A stretch of DNA of 35,116 bases from Octopus bimaculoides. Lineage: Eukaryota. Numbering within the stretch: the first letter of the stretch is position 1; every line of letters starts with the position of its first letter. Positions 33,927-35,116 of this stretch are shown here, in pieces. Under the pieces are notes generated by a model. That model was not told the origin of the DNA and made no database searches. It worked only from the letters and a program-made list of their open reading frames with translations. A program made the translations under genes and the position numbers. The DNA is taken from positions 682,661 to 717,776 of the forward strand of contig NC_069001.1 in the NCBI RefSeq assembly GCF_001194135.2, written 5' to 3'.

Positions 33927-34182
33927 AAGAAGAAGAAGAAGAAGAAGAAGAAGAAGAAGAAACAATAGACNNNNNNNNNNNNNNNNNNNNNNNNNNNNNN
34001 NNNNNNNNNNNNNNNNNNNNNNNNNNNNNNNNNNNNNNNNNNNNNNNNNNNNNNNNNNNNNNNNNNNNNNNNNNNNNNNNNNNNNNNNNNNNNNNNNNNN
34101 NNNNNNNNNNNNNNNNNNNNNNNNNNNNNNNNNNNNNNNNNNNNNNNNNNNNNNNNNNNNNNNNNNNNNNNCGATTATAATA

Positions 34183-34271
<89 letters not shown>

Positions 34272-35116
34272 AAGAAGAAGAAGAAGAAGAAGAAGAAGAA
34301 GAAGAAGAAGAAACAATAGACCCTCAGAAAAAATTGCATACACACACACACATACTCACACAACATAATAATTGCTGATAAGAATGAGGTACCCCTTCTT
34401 CTAGTTCCTTATTAATACAGGTACACATTCGCATACACATAAGCACAGACACACACACACACACATCTACGCATTCACACACATGTAAGTGTGTATACAT
34501 ACTATCTATTTCTTTCTCTGCGTGTGTGTGTGCACATACACACATATATATATACATATACACATATATATACATATATACATATATATATGGGAGAATA
34601 ATGCATATATACACATATATATACATATATACATACATTAATGGAGTTTAAGTCAATGATTGATATACTAGCAAAAGTTTTACGTTGACAAAGTAGTCAT
34701 TATTTTTTCCAGAACTGGAATTACAAAGAACATTCTGTGATCATTACTGATAAAAATGAGGTACTCCCATCTTCCAAATTGTTAGTGAGACATACACAAC
34801 ATAGAACAAAAACATGCTAATTAATTATTTACAAAAACAAAGCAATATAAAAAAAATATGAGCGCCAGGTAACAGAAATATGATCATTTAGGCAACATGA
34901 CCATAAAAGGAAATCAAGTTTGTTCTTTTAACTATTGCAATTGGTTATAATAGTATCAATTAATAGTATCAATTAATAGACTACAGACACAATTGACTAA
35001 ATATATTCAGATGTTTTTTATTAGACAAATTACAGATTATACACAAGGCTTGTGGAAGTCATTTGCTTTTGCTAATGATCAGCTGGTTCGTTAAGCTAAT
35101 TTATATATATATATAT

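Noticed and set aside
33827-34321. Direct duplication of cgattataataatagt(aat)n(aga)n aacaatagac on both sides of an N-gap
   Set aside because: Typical overlap of contig ends at a microsatellite, so an assembly artefact is more likely than a real duplication
1-35116. CRISPR arrays, rRNA or intact tRNA genes
   Set aside because: Recurrent repeats are dispersed SINEs; their A/B boxes belong to SINE heads and no full cloverleaf was seen

Overview
AT-rich, microsatellite-dense eukaryotic scaffold with five N-gaps. The repeat content strongly suggests an octopus/cephalopod genome (inference). No prokaryotic genes, CRISPR arrays or rRNA are seen. The main feature is a minus-strand multi-exon gene (7824-25731) built from phase-1/phase-1 GT-AG exons. 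It encodes 8 divergent sushi/CCP modules, 1-2 linker micro-exons and a terminal Ig-like domain followed by a stop and AATAAA, and resembles the Hikaru genki/Hasp/LEV-9 family. Two more minus-strand CCP exons lie upstream (33409-33609 and 32282-32475, the second running into a stop). One canonical CCP exon lies on the plus strand (4933-5132), converging on the Ig exon. The window therefore looks like a local cluster of up to three sushi genes, but the 5' end of the main gene and the gene boundaries cannot be resolved from sequence alone. The introns contain tRNA-type SINEs, remnants of RLE (R4/Dong-like), RTE, CR1/L2 and Penelope retroelements, mariner fragments, two long inverted-repeat elements and two degenerate hammerhead-ribozyme-like motifs. 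Most ORFs in the supplied track are microsatellite artefacts. Repeat boundaries are approximate; exon boundaries were read base by base.
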